Source: Eledone cirrhosa (Eukaryota). From it: DNA of 64,000 bases. The notes beneath the pieces were generated by a model. It was not told where the DNA came from, searched no databases, and was given only the letters and a program-made list of their open reading frames with translations. The stretch spans positions 32,054,001 to 32,118,000 of the forward strand of contig OZ024744.1 in the NCBI GenBank assembly GCA_964016885.1, given 5' to 3'. Position numbers and translations under genes: made by a program. The stretch's first letter is position 1, and every line of letters starts with the position of its first letter. This document shows positions 51,756 to 64,000 of the stretch, in pieces.

Positions 51756-53572
51756 TGTTCAGACTGTCAAGACGCGTGCATATCGATCAGTAAGTTTTGT
51801 TGATTTTCACGTGCTTACTTAACATTCATTGTTATATTTTTATCACAATCTGTTAATAGTACGTCACACATTGCCTCGGAAAGTCGGCCTCATAATATTT
51901 GGGCCATCGGCACAAATACTTGAACTTTATTTTCAAGTAATTTCATTTTTTGTTTTTGTTTCAACGAAAACATGGGCAGATTAAACCCCACACGTTGAGC
52001 CAGCTGTTATGTGATAGCGACTCAAACGTCGAGCGAGCACCCCACCCCATCATTTCTACATGTGTTACTACTACAAACACTACAGGCAGCGTCACCAGCA
52101 ACAACAACAGCATCAGTAACTAGAACAAGAAAAGCGGCAACTGCAACAATGAACACAACAGCAACAACGAGTTCGGCACTTGGATACGGAATCCATGCTG
52201 CTCAACAGCGTCGCTGGACACTGGACGGAGAAATCAGTGAAATTGTTCAGGGTCTGGTTTTGGACCAGATTCCTAGGTGGGTAATAACTAGAACAAGGTA
52301 ACAAGCCACTTTCACCCAGAAATCGGCCGAGAGGAAGCTATACTCGAAAGGTCGAGCATAAGAGGCAAACACGTCCATCATCTACTACCGCCTGAGCGTC
52401 ATGCCTTGTCCCCGTTCACATCTCACCAAACTGGAACACCTGCACTTCAACTTCCGGTGAGAGGGACAGGTTCTACTGGTGAAGATGCCCATCTGCTTCC
52501 AGCACCCTCTACGCGGAGGGCTGAGTATGCCGTGGTTCATGATGTGCAAACAAGTGCTAAGGCTACGGCTTCTCCAGGTATTCCTAAATGGCGAACAAGT
52601 GTGGTCACTGTTTTTGAGACATGCCTTCCCGTAGCTTGTCTCTTTGACTGAGCTGCAGTCGTGGGTTAATTGAAGACCGAGACTGAGCGCCTGGCACCAG
52701 GAATGTTGGCTGGCGCTCAAAGCTCTCTATCGGTCGAACAATGCAGTCAATGGAAATTCCACTCCATAGAAGACTAGTGAGAGGCAAGTACAACGACGTT
52801 CTCAGAGAGGCTCTGGGTGTCGACGGAATCGAACGAATCAGTCTGTTCCGGAGGACCTTCGATCCAGGGACTATGGAAAACTTCCAGAAATCCCTGGCTT
52901 AGCAGTTCTACCATGAAGCGTGAGGGAGGGGGGCTTTCCTGGTTTAAGATAAACGCTATAGGCACGGAAGTGCAATCAGACGGACCTGGCCGAGATGTGC
53001 ACAGAGCTATTAAACCGTTCTGCACGCACTCATCCAGTGTCCGTCCATTAATGACTTGTGGAGTTATGTCAAACCGCGTCTACCTGAAGATCGCCCCGCC
53101 GCCTTCATTTGACCAGGAAGCACAGGCAATTTTCCTCTGTCTAGTGGCAGTAGCGAAAGAGGTTGAATGGTGGACCAGGTTGAAAGAACAATCCCTCATC
53201 AACTTTTTCAAGTTTCACTTGGAAAGGAAGGTGAGGGTGGAGAGAGAAGAGTTGCCCCCTAGTACATTTGCTGAAAGAAAGGTGGGTGAATGTGGCGAGA
53301 ATGGCTCGTGTGAATGGGCCTACTCTGACCATGTACCTGTAGGGTGGATGATTTGGAGAGGAGTGCCCTCCTAGAGTGCTCATGAAGGGTTGGGGATATA
53401 GGATTGGTGGGGTACATGAGTCACTCCTCAGTGGTACCCTATTATTGGATAATTTTCATTATTGTATTTTATTGTTATTTGTTATAGTTTTTCTTCTATT
53501 TACTCGATTTCTTTTTCGGTAGGCCCCTACTGTCCCTATTTTTGTACTGTACCCTATAAGTCGGCCAATAAT
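51756..53572 (+). mobile_element. Tx1/L1-type LINE, 5'UTR joined to 3' part (large internal deletion), diverged
   Basis: 51890-51980 matches the 5'UTR/ATG region of copy B; from about 52205 it matches the post-RT region; 3'UTR ends GTCGGCCAATAA. Confidence 0.8.
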
Positions 53573-53574
53573 GA

Positions 53575-53952
53575 CCGGTAGAGGGTCGGACGCATAAAGT
53601 TACGGTCCTTTCTATTCTGAGTTCAAATCCCGCAGAGGTTAACTTTGCCTTTCATCCTTACCGGATCGATAAAATAAAGTACCAGTAATGCACTGGGTAT
53701 GTGCTGGCATTGTGCCAAAAGTAGAAATAATAATTATTATTATTAATCGGTAGAGCGTTGTACAAATGCTTAGCGGTATTTATGCGGCTCATTACGTTTA
53801 GAATTCAAATCCCGACGAGCCTAGTTTTGACTTCCATCCTTACGCAGGCTAATAAAATAAAATACTAGTAACAAACTACGGTAGATTTAATCGACTTTTC
53901 TCTCTCCCCAAATTGTTGGCCTTGTGCCTAAATGAGAAACCATTATTATTAT
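53575..53952 (+). mobile_element. Two tandem tRNA-derived SINEs with ATT tails
   Basis: Body repeated at 53575-53742 and 53745-53952. Confidence 0.8.
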
Positions 53953-54297
53953 TTCTTCTCCCAGATTAACCCGATTTCCAAATTGTCGACTAGCAAATTT
54001 GTTGAATAGTGAGAACGAGAATCGAAGCTTGAAATTTGAAATTAATCCACCCCGAAGAAAGAAAAGGTCTTGATGAATTAACCGGGTGACCCGGCATATC
54101 AAGTCACCGGAAGTGTATCACCTGATCCCGAAGTGTCATTAACCGGAAGTTGATCATCTAATCCTTCGGTGTCATTAATGAGAAGGTGAGAAATTTAACT
54201 CACACCAATGAGTAATTTATGCATGTGTATAAGAGCTCGTGAAACACAGATACACAACACACACAAACACACACACGCACATACACATACACATATA

Positions 54298-55175
<878 letters not shown>

Positions 55176-55185
55176 ATATATATAT

Positions 55186-55222
<37 letters not shown>

Positions 55223-55373
55223 CAAATGGATATAAGAGAGGGATGAATACCGATACAAGTACACATGTGTTCGAATTGCAAATGCTCGAATTGTAAAAGA
55301 CTATATCAAGTTTATAACTCAATATATGATATATATATATATAAATTGCAAACTTGACTGTCACCACAAAATG

Positions 55374-55412
55374 TGAACCTGAAGATTGCGAAAGCATGAA
55401 AGTACTTGTTCA
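55374..55412 (+). ncRNA. Minimal hammerhead, identical to 18215-18253
   Basis: TGAAC-CTGAAGA-TTGCGAAAGCAT-GAAAGTACT-T-GTTCA within a 150-bp repeat (55343-55498). Confidence 0.85.
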
Positions 55413-55789
55413 ATTAACACTTAACATTTAATATTCTACCATACTATTTCATTCTAATACCATTATAAATGTTAAAGGATTGTAAATAAAACGAGTATGT
55501 TACTAGATATAAATTCTGTATTATTATCTCCAAAATATTTCTCGAGCAATACTGGCCATGACTGCTGCTACGGTAGTAGGCTGGCCGCTGTCTTATTAAC
55601 AACCCACTTTCCACCGATTGACCTCGATGTCACGTGTTCGATTCTTTTTGAATTTGCCACAGACACAGAGGCAGTGATTTTCTCAATGGCTAGGAAGTAA
55701 GTCCACGCTTTGCTATTTCCTATTCACTGATTTATTTTTTAATAAGCTTCCAGAGTCCTCGCTTTGCCTGGAAACTTATATGAGAATAG

Positions 55790-55871
55790 ACTTTCCTGAT
55801 GACGGGATGTTTCTCCACACCTTCTTCGGAAGATGTATCTACTCCATTCCAGAAACTAATTAGTTAGAAGT
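55790..55871 (+). ncRNA. Hammerhead motif, one mismatch at the base of stem I
   Basis: ACTTTC-CTGATGA-cGGGATG...CATTCCa-GAA ACTAATTAGT-T-AGAAGT. Confidence 0.6.
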
Positions 55872-56040
55872 GATATTTTAGTAAGTAAGTTAATTTTATA
55901 ATTTTCTTATTTTACGTCTCTTATATTATTGGTCTGCAACCCCATGCATTGAACCACACTGTTATTAAGACAAAACCTATATATTTGCTAGCATCGATAT
56001 GCATCTGTATGTATATATATGTTACTAGATATAAATTCTT

Positions 56041-56115
<75 letters not shown>

Positions 56116-56207
56116 GAACGATCGACTTTCGTCAAATCGGACCGAGGAAACAATGTTTCCATTGGTTCTTCCAATTGCTAATACTATCTATCGGTCGCAA
56201 CTCCAGG

Positions 56208-56332
56208 TAGAAGGAGCAACGAGAAATAAAGTGTTTTGATCAAGGACATAACGCATCGCCCGGTTCTGGAATCAAACTCACAACCTCACGATTGCGAAAC
56301 CAGTTCTCTAACCACTCAGCCACACGCCTTCA
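56208..56332 (-). mobile_element. tRNA-derived SINE 5' part
   Basis: Reverse complement GAAGGCGTGTGGCTGAGTGGTTAGAG...GAGTTTGATTCC; related to 6886-7030. Confidence 0.7.
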
Positions 56333-56546
56333 TATATACGACCCCCCCCCCCCTCCACACACACACATACACACATGTATATACCTACCTACATATATTC
56401 TCAAGAAAAAATTGCCATAGAATTCGAAGTCCCTGCTAACTTTTACACAAGGAAATTATACTATGCTCGCATGTTTAAATGTCTGTATAAATACGCGCGA
56501 ATGCGCATACACACACATACACAAACATACACACTCACATACACAT

Positions 56547-56614
<68 letters not shown>

Positions 56615-57009
56615 ATAGATATGAATACATATATGGCTATGTGTTTGTGTATGCATGTGTGAAGGTATGTGGAAGTGGAGAAACATATTTTTTGTAAATT
56701 TCATTAATTTATTTAGATGGATCTTTACTACACAGGTTTCCATTAGCGATGGAATTCGTTTAAAGTGACTGGCATCTTGTAAATATTATTTATGTAAACA
56801 TATGCAGTAATTATGGTTTCAACAGATTATAAGTTTTCGGCAAGTCAACACTGCAACCCGACCCCCAGAGCCCTGTTAAATCAATTTAACTTACATCGTT
56901 AATGCACTTAAGCCTGCTGTGAATGAATTCCACAACTTCACATCTGTTTGCTCCACATATTTTTTTTAAAAAGGTTTTTAGCTTTGTTTCGTATACATAC
57001 ATATACAAT

Positions 57010-57067
<58 letters not shown>

Positions 57068-57088
57068 CATAAGTATATATATATATAA

Positions 57089-57126
<38 letters not shown>

Positions 57127-57180
57127 AACATTATATTTTTCATAGAGGGTGATTAATCAAATGAGGATTTGACTTTTGTA

Positions 57181-57485
57181 ATAATAATAATTGTTTCTAC
57201 TTTAGGCACAAGGCCAGCAAAATTTCCAGTGTATTACTGGTACTTTATTTTATCGACCCCGTAAGGATCAAATGAAAAGTCAACCTCGGCGGGATTTGAA
57301 CTCAGAATGGCAAGGGCCGTAACTCTATGCGTCAAAGCATGGTGTCCGACCCTCTACCGATACTGCCAATTCACAACAATAATGATAATTGTTTGTACTT
57401 TAGGCACAAGGCCAACAATTTGAAGGAGGCGGGGTAGTCGATTATATCGACCCCAGTTCATTACTGGTGCTTTATTTTTATCGAC
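57181..57485 (-). mobile_element. tRNA-derived SINE plus a second 3' fragment
   Basis: Conserved body and AATAATAAT tails. Confidence 0.8.
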
Positions 57486-59362
57486 CTGGTCAAAAGAAGG
57501 CGGCGGGCCGATCTTCACTCTGGACACGACCGATAGCTGGATCCGTTCTACACGCGACAACAGCTGTTCGACGTGGCAGGTCCGTCTGCCAGCACTTCCG
57601 TGCCTGTAGAGTTTATATCGAATCGGCAGTGCCTCCCGGTATCACTGTCAAGCGAGGGATTTATGGAAGTTATCCAATATTCCCCGGCTCGAAAGTCCTC
57701 CGCAACAGACAGTTCAGATCGGCTTCGTCAACGCCAAGAGCCTCTCCGAGTGCGTCATCGCACTTGCCCGCCTAGTTAGAGGACAGTGAGTGCATGGCAA
57801 GATTCCAGATGCCAGTCACCCAGTCTCGGTCTCTTCTTGACCCAGCACTGCAGCTCAGTCAAAGAGACAAGCTGTTGACAAACGGCGACCACACTTGTTC
57901 ACCGTTTAGGCTGGATGTCTGGAGATGCCGCAGCCTCAGCGCATGTTTTCACATCATTAGTCACGAGATGGTCAGCCCTCCACGTAGACGGTGCTGGCAA
58001 CAGATGGATCGCCTCAACAACGGAATCTGTCCCCTTCACAAGAATTTGAAGAGGAGCCATTCCAATTTCGTGAGGCGCGAACCGGGGCAAGGGGCGACGG
58101 TCAGGCGGTAGTAGATGACGTATGGAATGTACACATTCACCACCTCCGCCCTACCATTTCTGGATTAGATTGGCTACCCTGATCATCACCTCGTCCCTGT
58201 TCTTATCCACCTAGAGGTTTGATCCGAACCAAATCCCGAGCAACTTTACCGGTCAGTCCACCCAGTCCAGACGACGCTATTGGACGGCGTGAACTTGCCT
58301 CTCCATGTGCCGAGCTGTAAGTTCACCGACTGTTCCGGGTCAAGTTTTGCTCCAGTCAACCTTTCATATTCCTCCAAGAAGATGCCGACCTCTTCGATTT
58401 CCCAGGTGTCCGACACCAGCATGGTGATGTCGTCCACATAAGCCGACTCAGCTTTTCCGCGTCCCGGTTCGAGCGGGATGCCCTTCAACAGCTCCAGTTT
58501 CCTGCAGTAAAGGCTCGAAAATCAATACGTACAGAACGGAGGAAAGAAGACGTCACCGAAGCCAGCTGCCTTGAGGATAGCCTCCAGGTATAGATGGTCG
58601 ACCCTATCGAAAGCTTTCGAATGATCTAAATTGATCAAAGCCCCGCCGAAACCAGATTTATACCCTACCCTCTCTATGATGTATCGCATGAGGTGGAGGT
58701 TGTCGTGTGTGGTCCTGGTCGGGATTGTAAACGTGTGCACCTTCCCAACGAAATCCTCGTCAACAAACGCCAACCTCTTTGCTAACACCATGATCTTAAA
58801 TTCTGTGTTGAGCAGAGTTATGGGCCTGAAGTTATCTAATGTGTCCCTCTTATTATCGTCTTTCCTTATCAGCGTCACTGCATCCAGACATACAGAACTG
58901 GGAATACTCCCATCCTGCTTCCAGTTGGAGTAGAGTGCTTCGAGGAGATCGGAGAACAAGTCTGGTATATTTACGTAAAGCTGGTAGTGCAGACCATGCA
59001 AACCGGGTGACTTTCGCCTCTCGAGGCCGACGCTTAGTCGGCCTCGAGAGGCACGGCAAGTCGTCGAGGTAGGGACTGCAGTCCGCTACCGTCTCTGACC
59101 CGCCACTCCCACCCAAACAACCGAGCAAAGTGCTGGCGAAAGTCTTCACACATCTATCCGGAATCATTCAGCCCGCGTCCGTCTCGGCCTGTGAAAGACC
59201 AACTTGTGGTTTAATTACCACGCTGCACCTCTGCACGTGAGCCCATCGAACAGCTTTAGTTACCTCGTTTCTTAGAGCAGTTGCCTTAGCTCTGACAATG
59301 CAGCCTTGGTATCTCGCATTGAAGAAAAGGTCTAATTCCATTCTCGCCGCTAGCACATCAGT
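57483..59362 (-). mobile_element. Tx1/L1-type LINE fragment, minus strand
   Basis: ORFs 58522..59001 (NFRPITLLN, LDHSKAFDRV) and 58246..58488 (AYVDD). Confidence 0.9.
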
Positions 59363-59379
59363 TGCTAGCGGCGAGGGAA

Positions 59380-60660
59380 ATCTAGTCGGTACCTGTCAAA
59401 TATGTAGGTTGGGATCTAGTTACTGGAAGGTTAATGCGTTATTCCTGGAGCGTAAAAGCTACAGTTACTGGGTTAACACTTCAGTTAAGAGTAAGTTGAC
59501 AGAGTGAGTCGTCAATAACAGGTGGTGGGGTCCTTTCAAGAGAGAGATTAGAGTAGAATCAATATCTTTCAGTAAAAAAGTAGCAATAGAAAAAACCAAA
59601 AGAAAAAAGGAAAGGAGGGGGGGGGGGGTAGTAGCTAAGTCAGATGAGGCGATTCGAAGTGGCATTGCAACCAACATGCTGCTGCAAGATTAACAGTAAA
59701 TTATTTCTTCAAGGTGAAACACAAAGGTTGCATTGTTAAAGATAAGGCATGTTCTCTAAGAAACAAGGGAACAAAAGCTGTTTGATGGATCCGGGTGGCA
59801 GAGGCGCAACGTGGTAATAAAACCACAATTCGGTCTTTAGCGAACCGCAACAGGGGCGTGCTGCTCGATTCCAAGCAGATGCGTGCGGTTTTTCAGCAGC
59901 ACTTTGCGCAACTGTTGGCGGGTGTCAGAGATGCTGGTGAACTTTAGTTTCTCACTTGACAGCCTGCCGTGACTCTCGCCATCTGATGCTGAGTGTTACG
60001 AAAAGCCGATAACAGCAACCGAGACACATGATGCTCTAGTCGACTGTACAAGGCGCATGTCACCCGGTTTGGATAGTCTGCCTTACGAGTTTTACATAGA
60101 TATGCCAGACATGTTCTCCGATGTCGTTAAAGTGGTCTAATGAAACTGAAAGTGGAACAGGAGAATTTCCAGTTCTGTGAGCAGGTGCGTAGGTACGCTG
60201 ATGAGAACAATAGATGAGAACAATACTTATAATAGGTGCTCTGGCATTGATTAAAAACACAAAGACGGATACATAAGCCAAACCCCAAAATCATAAATAT
60301 ATACAGCATACAAAAAATATCACAACCAGGCACAATACACATATTAGACAACTTCAGGCCCATAATTTTGCTAAACACAGAGTTTAAGATTTGGGGCAAG
60401 GTATTAGTAAAGAGGTTGGCGGTTGTCGCCGACGGTTTTGTAAGAGAATTGCAAACTTACGTAATCCCGACCAGGTTTATACACAAACCTTCCACTTCAT
60501 GCGTTACATCATAGAGGGTGAAGGGTGTAAACCTGGCGTCAGTGAAGCTCTGATGAATTTAGATCAATCACAATTCTTCGATTGGGTTGAGCATCGATAC
60601 CTGGAGGCTGTCCGCAAATATTCGGTCCTTCTCACCTCCCTTCTGAACGTATTGACTTAT
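59380..60660 (+). mobile_element. Older Tx1/L1-type LINE fragment, interrupted at about 60205-60345
   Basis: YWKVN, KHKGCIV, NFRPIILLNTEFK and MNLDQSQFFDWV remnants. Confidence 0.8.
60205..60345 (+). mobile_element. Short 3' piece of an R4/Dong-like LINE nested in the Tx1 fragment
   Basis: Translates to ILIIGALALIKNTK..YI..P..INIYSIQKI..PGTIHIL, homologous to 60773..60985. Confidence 0.55.
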
Positions 60661-60664
60661 TTTA

Positions 60665-61042
60665 TTATTACCAATCTTGTCTTTGTTGTTGATATTTGCC
60701 TAACTTTTATTGTGTGCTGGCACAGCATTTCTGAGCGCAGCTCTTGAGTCTTGGGTATGTGCAGTGTTGTTTCTATTGTATTAAGAGTACACTTTGTAAT
60801 AGGTGTTTAGTGCCTATGAGTGATATCGTCTGTATGCTGTATATATTTGGGGTTGTGGTTATGTACTTGACTGTGTGCTTTTTTATGATTCCCGGAGCGC
60901 CTATTATTATAGGTATTGTTTCTCTTTTCATCCACATTCGAGGTATTTCTATCTCCAGATATTTACATATGGAAAGTTTCTCCATTCCCTTGACAGATAT
61001 ATTGTCATCTGTGGAGATTGATATAGGAATTATAACACACTA
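60665..61042 (-). mobile_element. Restriction-like-endonuclease (R4/Dong-like) LINE 3' fragment
   Basis: EKLSICKYLEIEIPRMW...IPIIIGAPGIIKK...IQTISLIGTKHLLQSVL. Confidence 0.7.
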
Positions 61043-61391
61043 ACACACACACACATATATATATATGTGTATCTGTGTGTGTGTGTGTGTGTGCTATAAT
61101 TTCAATATAAATCTCCACAGATGACAATATATCTGTCAAGAGAATGGAGAAACTCTATATATATACGACTGTATGTATGTATGAATGTATATACGTATTT
61201 ATGTATGTATGCGTATGAATGTATGTATGAATGTATTTATGTATGTATGCATGTATATTTGTATGTAATGTATGTATGTATGAGTGTGTATATATATATA
61301 TATATTTCTCTCTTTCCTTATATACACACATACAAACACATACACGCATTTCTATATATTATATATATATATATAATATATAGATATGCGT

Positions 61392-61424
<33 letters not shown>

Positions 61425-61671
61425 CGTGTGTTAATACGAGTATCGGATACTTAGAAGTCATTTCAGAACAAGTAAACGACGTCGTCGTCCCCACACATAG
61501 TTTAGTCTGTGCGGCGCCAGGGTCACTTTAAAGATTTATTTTGGAAAAGAGGTGAAGGGACAGAGAAAAGAGAGAGCTAGAGAAGAGAGAGAGAGAGAGA
61601 GAGATGAAAGAGAGAGTGTGAGAGAGAAGAGAGAGAGAGAAAAAAGAGAGAGAGAGAAATAGAGAGAGAGT

Positions 61672-61733
<62 letters not shown>

Positions 61734-61884
61734 GTGTGTGGAAGTGAGAGAGAGGGTGAAAGAGAGAGTGTGGGTGTTAGTGAGTGTGAAAATGGAATAT
61801 CCATCTTCGGAGACGATATGATTAATCACGCCCCGCCCCTCCTCAACAAAGTGAAATTCAATTGAGATTCCTATCAGTGATACC

Positions 61885-62062
61885 CACACTTACACTCAAG
61901 ACCTTCACTCCACACCTACACTCCACACCTACACTCTACACCTACACTCCACACACACCAGACCTACATTCCACAACTACAATCCAAACCTTCACTCCAC
62001 ACTTACATTCCAGACCTTCACTCCACACCTACACTCCACATTTACACTCCACACCTTCACCA
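61885..62062 (+). repeat. Degenerate 12-mer minisatellite (CTCCACACCTAC-like)
   Basis: Read directly. Confidence 0.8.
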
Positions 62063-62199
62063 TTACTTCTACGTGTTCAGTTTGCTAAATTATGTCTTTG
62101 AAAACAAACAAAATTCACTTTCTTTCAACTTTTATTCATTTTATTCATTTTTATATGATTCCATGTATTTTTTAGTTGTTATTGTTGATGCTGTTGCTA

Positions 62200-62675
62200 C
62201 TATTATTGCATTGAGTTGCGGCCCTTTATATTCCGAGTTCAAATACTTCCGAATTTAGCTTTGTCATTCTTCTTTACGGGGTCGAAAAAATAAAGTACCA
62301 GTCATGCACTGGGTCTCGTTTTAATCGTCTTTCGTCTCCTCTAAAATTGCTGACCCTGTGCCTAAGTCAAAAACCATTATTATTGCATTGAGCTACGTCC
62401 CTTAACATTCTGAGTTCAAATCATGCCGATTTTAGCTTTGCTATTCATCCTTACGGGGTCGGTAAAAAAAAGTACCAGTAATGATCTGGGGTATATTTAA
62501 TGATTTTTGCACCCTTCCTTCAAATTGCTGGCTTTGTGCCGAAATCAGAAACAATTATTATTATTATTATTATTGTTAATATTAGTCTAATTGTTATTGT
62601 GTGTTGTTATTGCATTAGTACCAGTAATGCACTGAGTATTTACTGACCTTGTGCTTAACGTAGAAACAGTTATTG
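62200..62675 (+). mobile_element. Tandem 5'-truncated SINE copies separated by ATT tails
   Basis: Body repeated at about 62210-62380 and 62385-62570, plus a tail piece at 62617-62675. Confidence 0.75.
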
Positions 62676-62679
62676 CATT

Positions 62680-63350
62680 ACCTGGCACAGTTCTATGTGT
62701 CTTGGATACATGCAGTGTTGTTTTTGGTGTTGTTATTTCTATTGTATTGAAAGTACACTTCATAATATGTTTTCAGTGCCTAATAGTACTATTTTTCGTA
62801 GCTTGTATGTCCTGGGATGTACTCTGTGTAAAATGTTTGCTGTACTTAGTAGCGCTACTTTCTCTATGCTGTATATGTTTTGGTCACGTATCCTGTGTCT
62901 GTGTTTATTTTATTTTGTTCTCTGTTCAATGCCTGGACAGGCTGCTGTATTGTGTTCTTGAGCAAAACAATTTATCTCATGTTGCCACAGTATACTCAAT
63001 ACTGAGACGGAGTTAAACCTGTGTTAGATCGGTGTTCATCCCAAGGAGAAGCTTAACACAAAGGAAACAGGGGATAAGCACCGTCATGAATCTTCGACAT
63101 AGAACAGATTTTAACCAATTTAAGAGCTTGGGAGTGTTTCTGTTTTTCATCATCAATACTCCGGTTATTTCTATACCCAGATCTTCAGGTTTGGAGAATT
63201 TCTCCATTTCTTTTATAGACAGTTCGTCTTCTATGGAGATTAATACAACAATTAAAATACTTTCTTTTTCTTTGTGGTTTTCGACAATATCTGGTCGGTT
63301 GGCTTTGATCTGCCCTGTTTATATGTTTTCGCATAGCCCAGTGTAGGCAT
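62680..63350 (-). mobile_element. R4/Dong-like LINE 3' fragment, rearranged
   Basis: [17 protein letters not shown]....EKFSK.EDLGIEI (PD-D type nuclease remnant); 3' end similar to 60720-60860. Confidence 0.65.
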
Positions 63351-63384
63351 CTTACATTTTGTAGTGAATGTATGTATGTATGTA

Positions 63385-63471
<87 letters not shown>

Positions 63472-63500
63472 ATATGTATATATGTATATATATATATATA

Positions 63501-63903
63501 GAGATGACCCCTTAGCCTTTGTCAAGGCAGAATTCTAGGAGAGGGAAAACTCTGATATAACACCTGCAACCCTGATGGTATCCAATGATGTTGACTAGTT
63601 CTTCTTTTTGGTAAATATCATCTTGGTTAAGAGAGTGGAACTGGCTTTGTGCAGTGCCTTTGCTCACTATAAAAGCTTCACGGCACAGGCATTGTTTTAT
63701 ATCTGGAGATCTCTCTGCACTTGTTGTCACATGGTACCATGGGCCCAGCACTATGTGTCAATAATTGTCACAAGTGTAGTGTTTGTACCAGAGTTTTCAA
63801 GTCGCTGGCTGGACTAAAAAGTCACACTCGTTCAGCGCATCGGTAGGGGTTCTCCTACATGGATATAAAGTAGTGGCCGTACTCGAAAACGAGTTGGCAG
63901 CCA

Positions 63904-63907
<4 letters not shown>
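63501..63907 (+). repeat. Second copy of the 11812-12219 repeat, embedded in (TA)n
   Basis: Direct sequence comparison. Confidence 0.85.
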
Positions 63908-63984
<77 letters not shown>

Positions 63985-64000
63985 TATATGTATATATATA

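Overview
Eukaryotic, repeat-saturated intergenic or intronic DNA. The microsatellite load ((TA)n, (CA)n, (GA)n, (ATT)n) and the SINE types suggest a coleoid cephalopod such as Octopus (inference). No host protein-coding exon could be supported, and most short ORFs in the track are microsatellite artefacts. Main contents: (1) several decayed Penelope-like elements (RT and/or GIY-YIG) and many short non-coding derivatives; (2) a head-to-tail array of Tx1/L1-type LINEs at 37-53.6 kb, including one near full-length copy with a zinc-knuckle ORF1 and an APE-RT ORF2, joined at (ATT)n tracts, plus further fragments at 24-26 kb and 57-61 kb; (3) RTE-like and restriction-like-endonuclease (R4/Dong-like) LINE fragments, many tRNA-derived SINEs, a hAT-type MITE and a tiny mariner-type MITE. 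The most notable observation is a dense population of minimal type I hammerhead ribozyme motifs: about 20 sites read by eye, about 15 with intact or near-intact cores, from roughly a dozen unrelated sequence families. Most have a palindromic stem III, and many sit in fold-back (inverted-repeat) units inside (TA)n tracts. Two families carry a CCGANGA core, and one places a tRNA-like B-box upstream of the ribozyme. All calls were made by eye, so boundaries are approximate.
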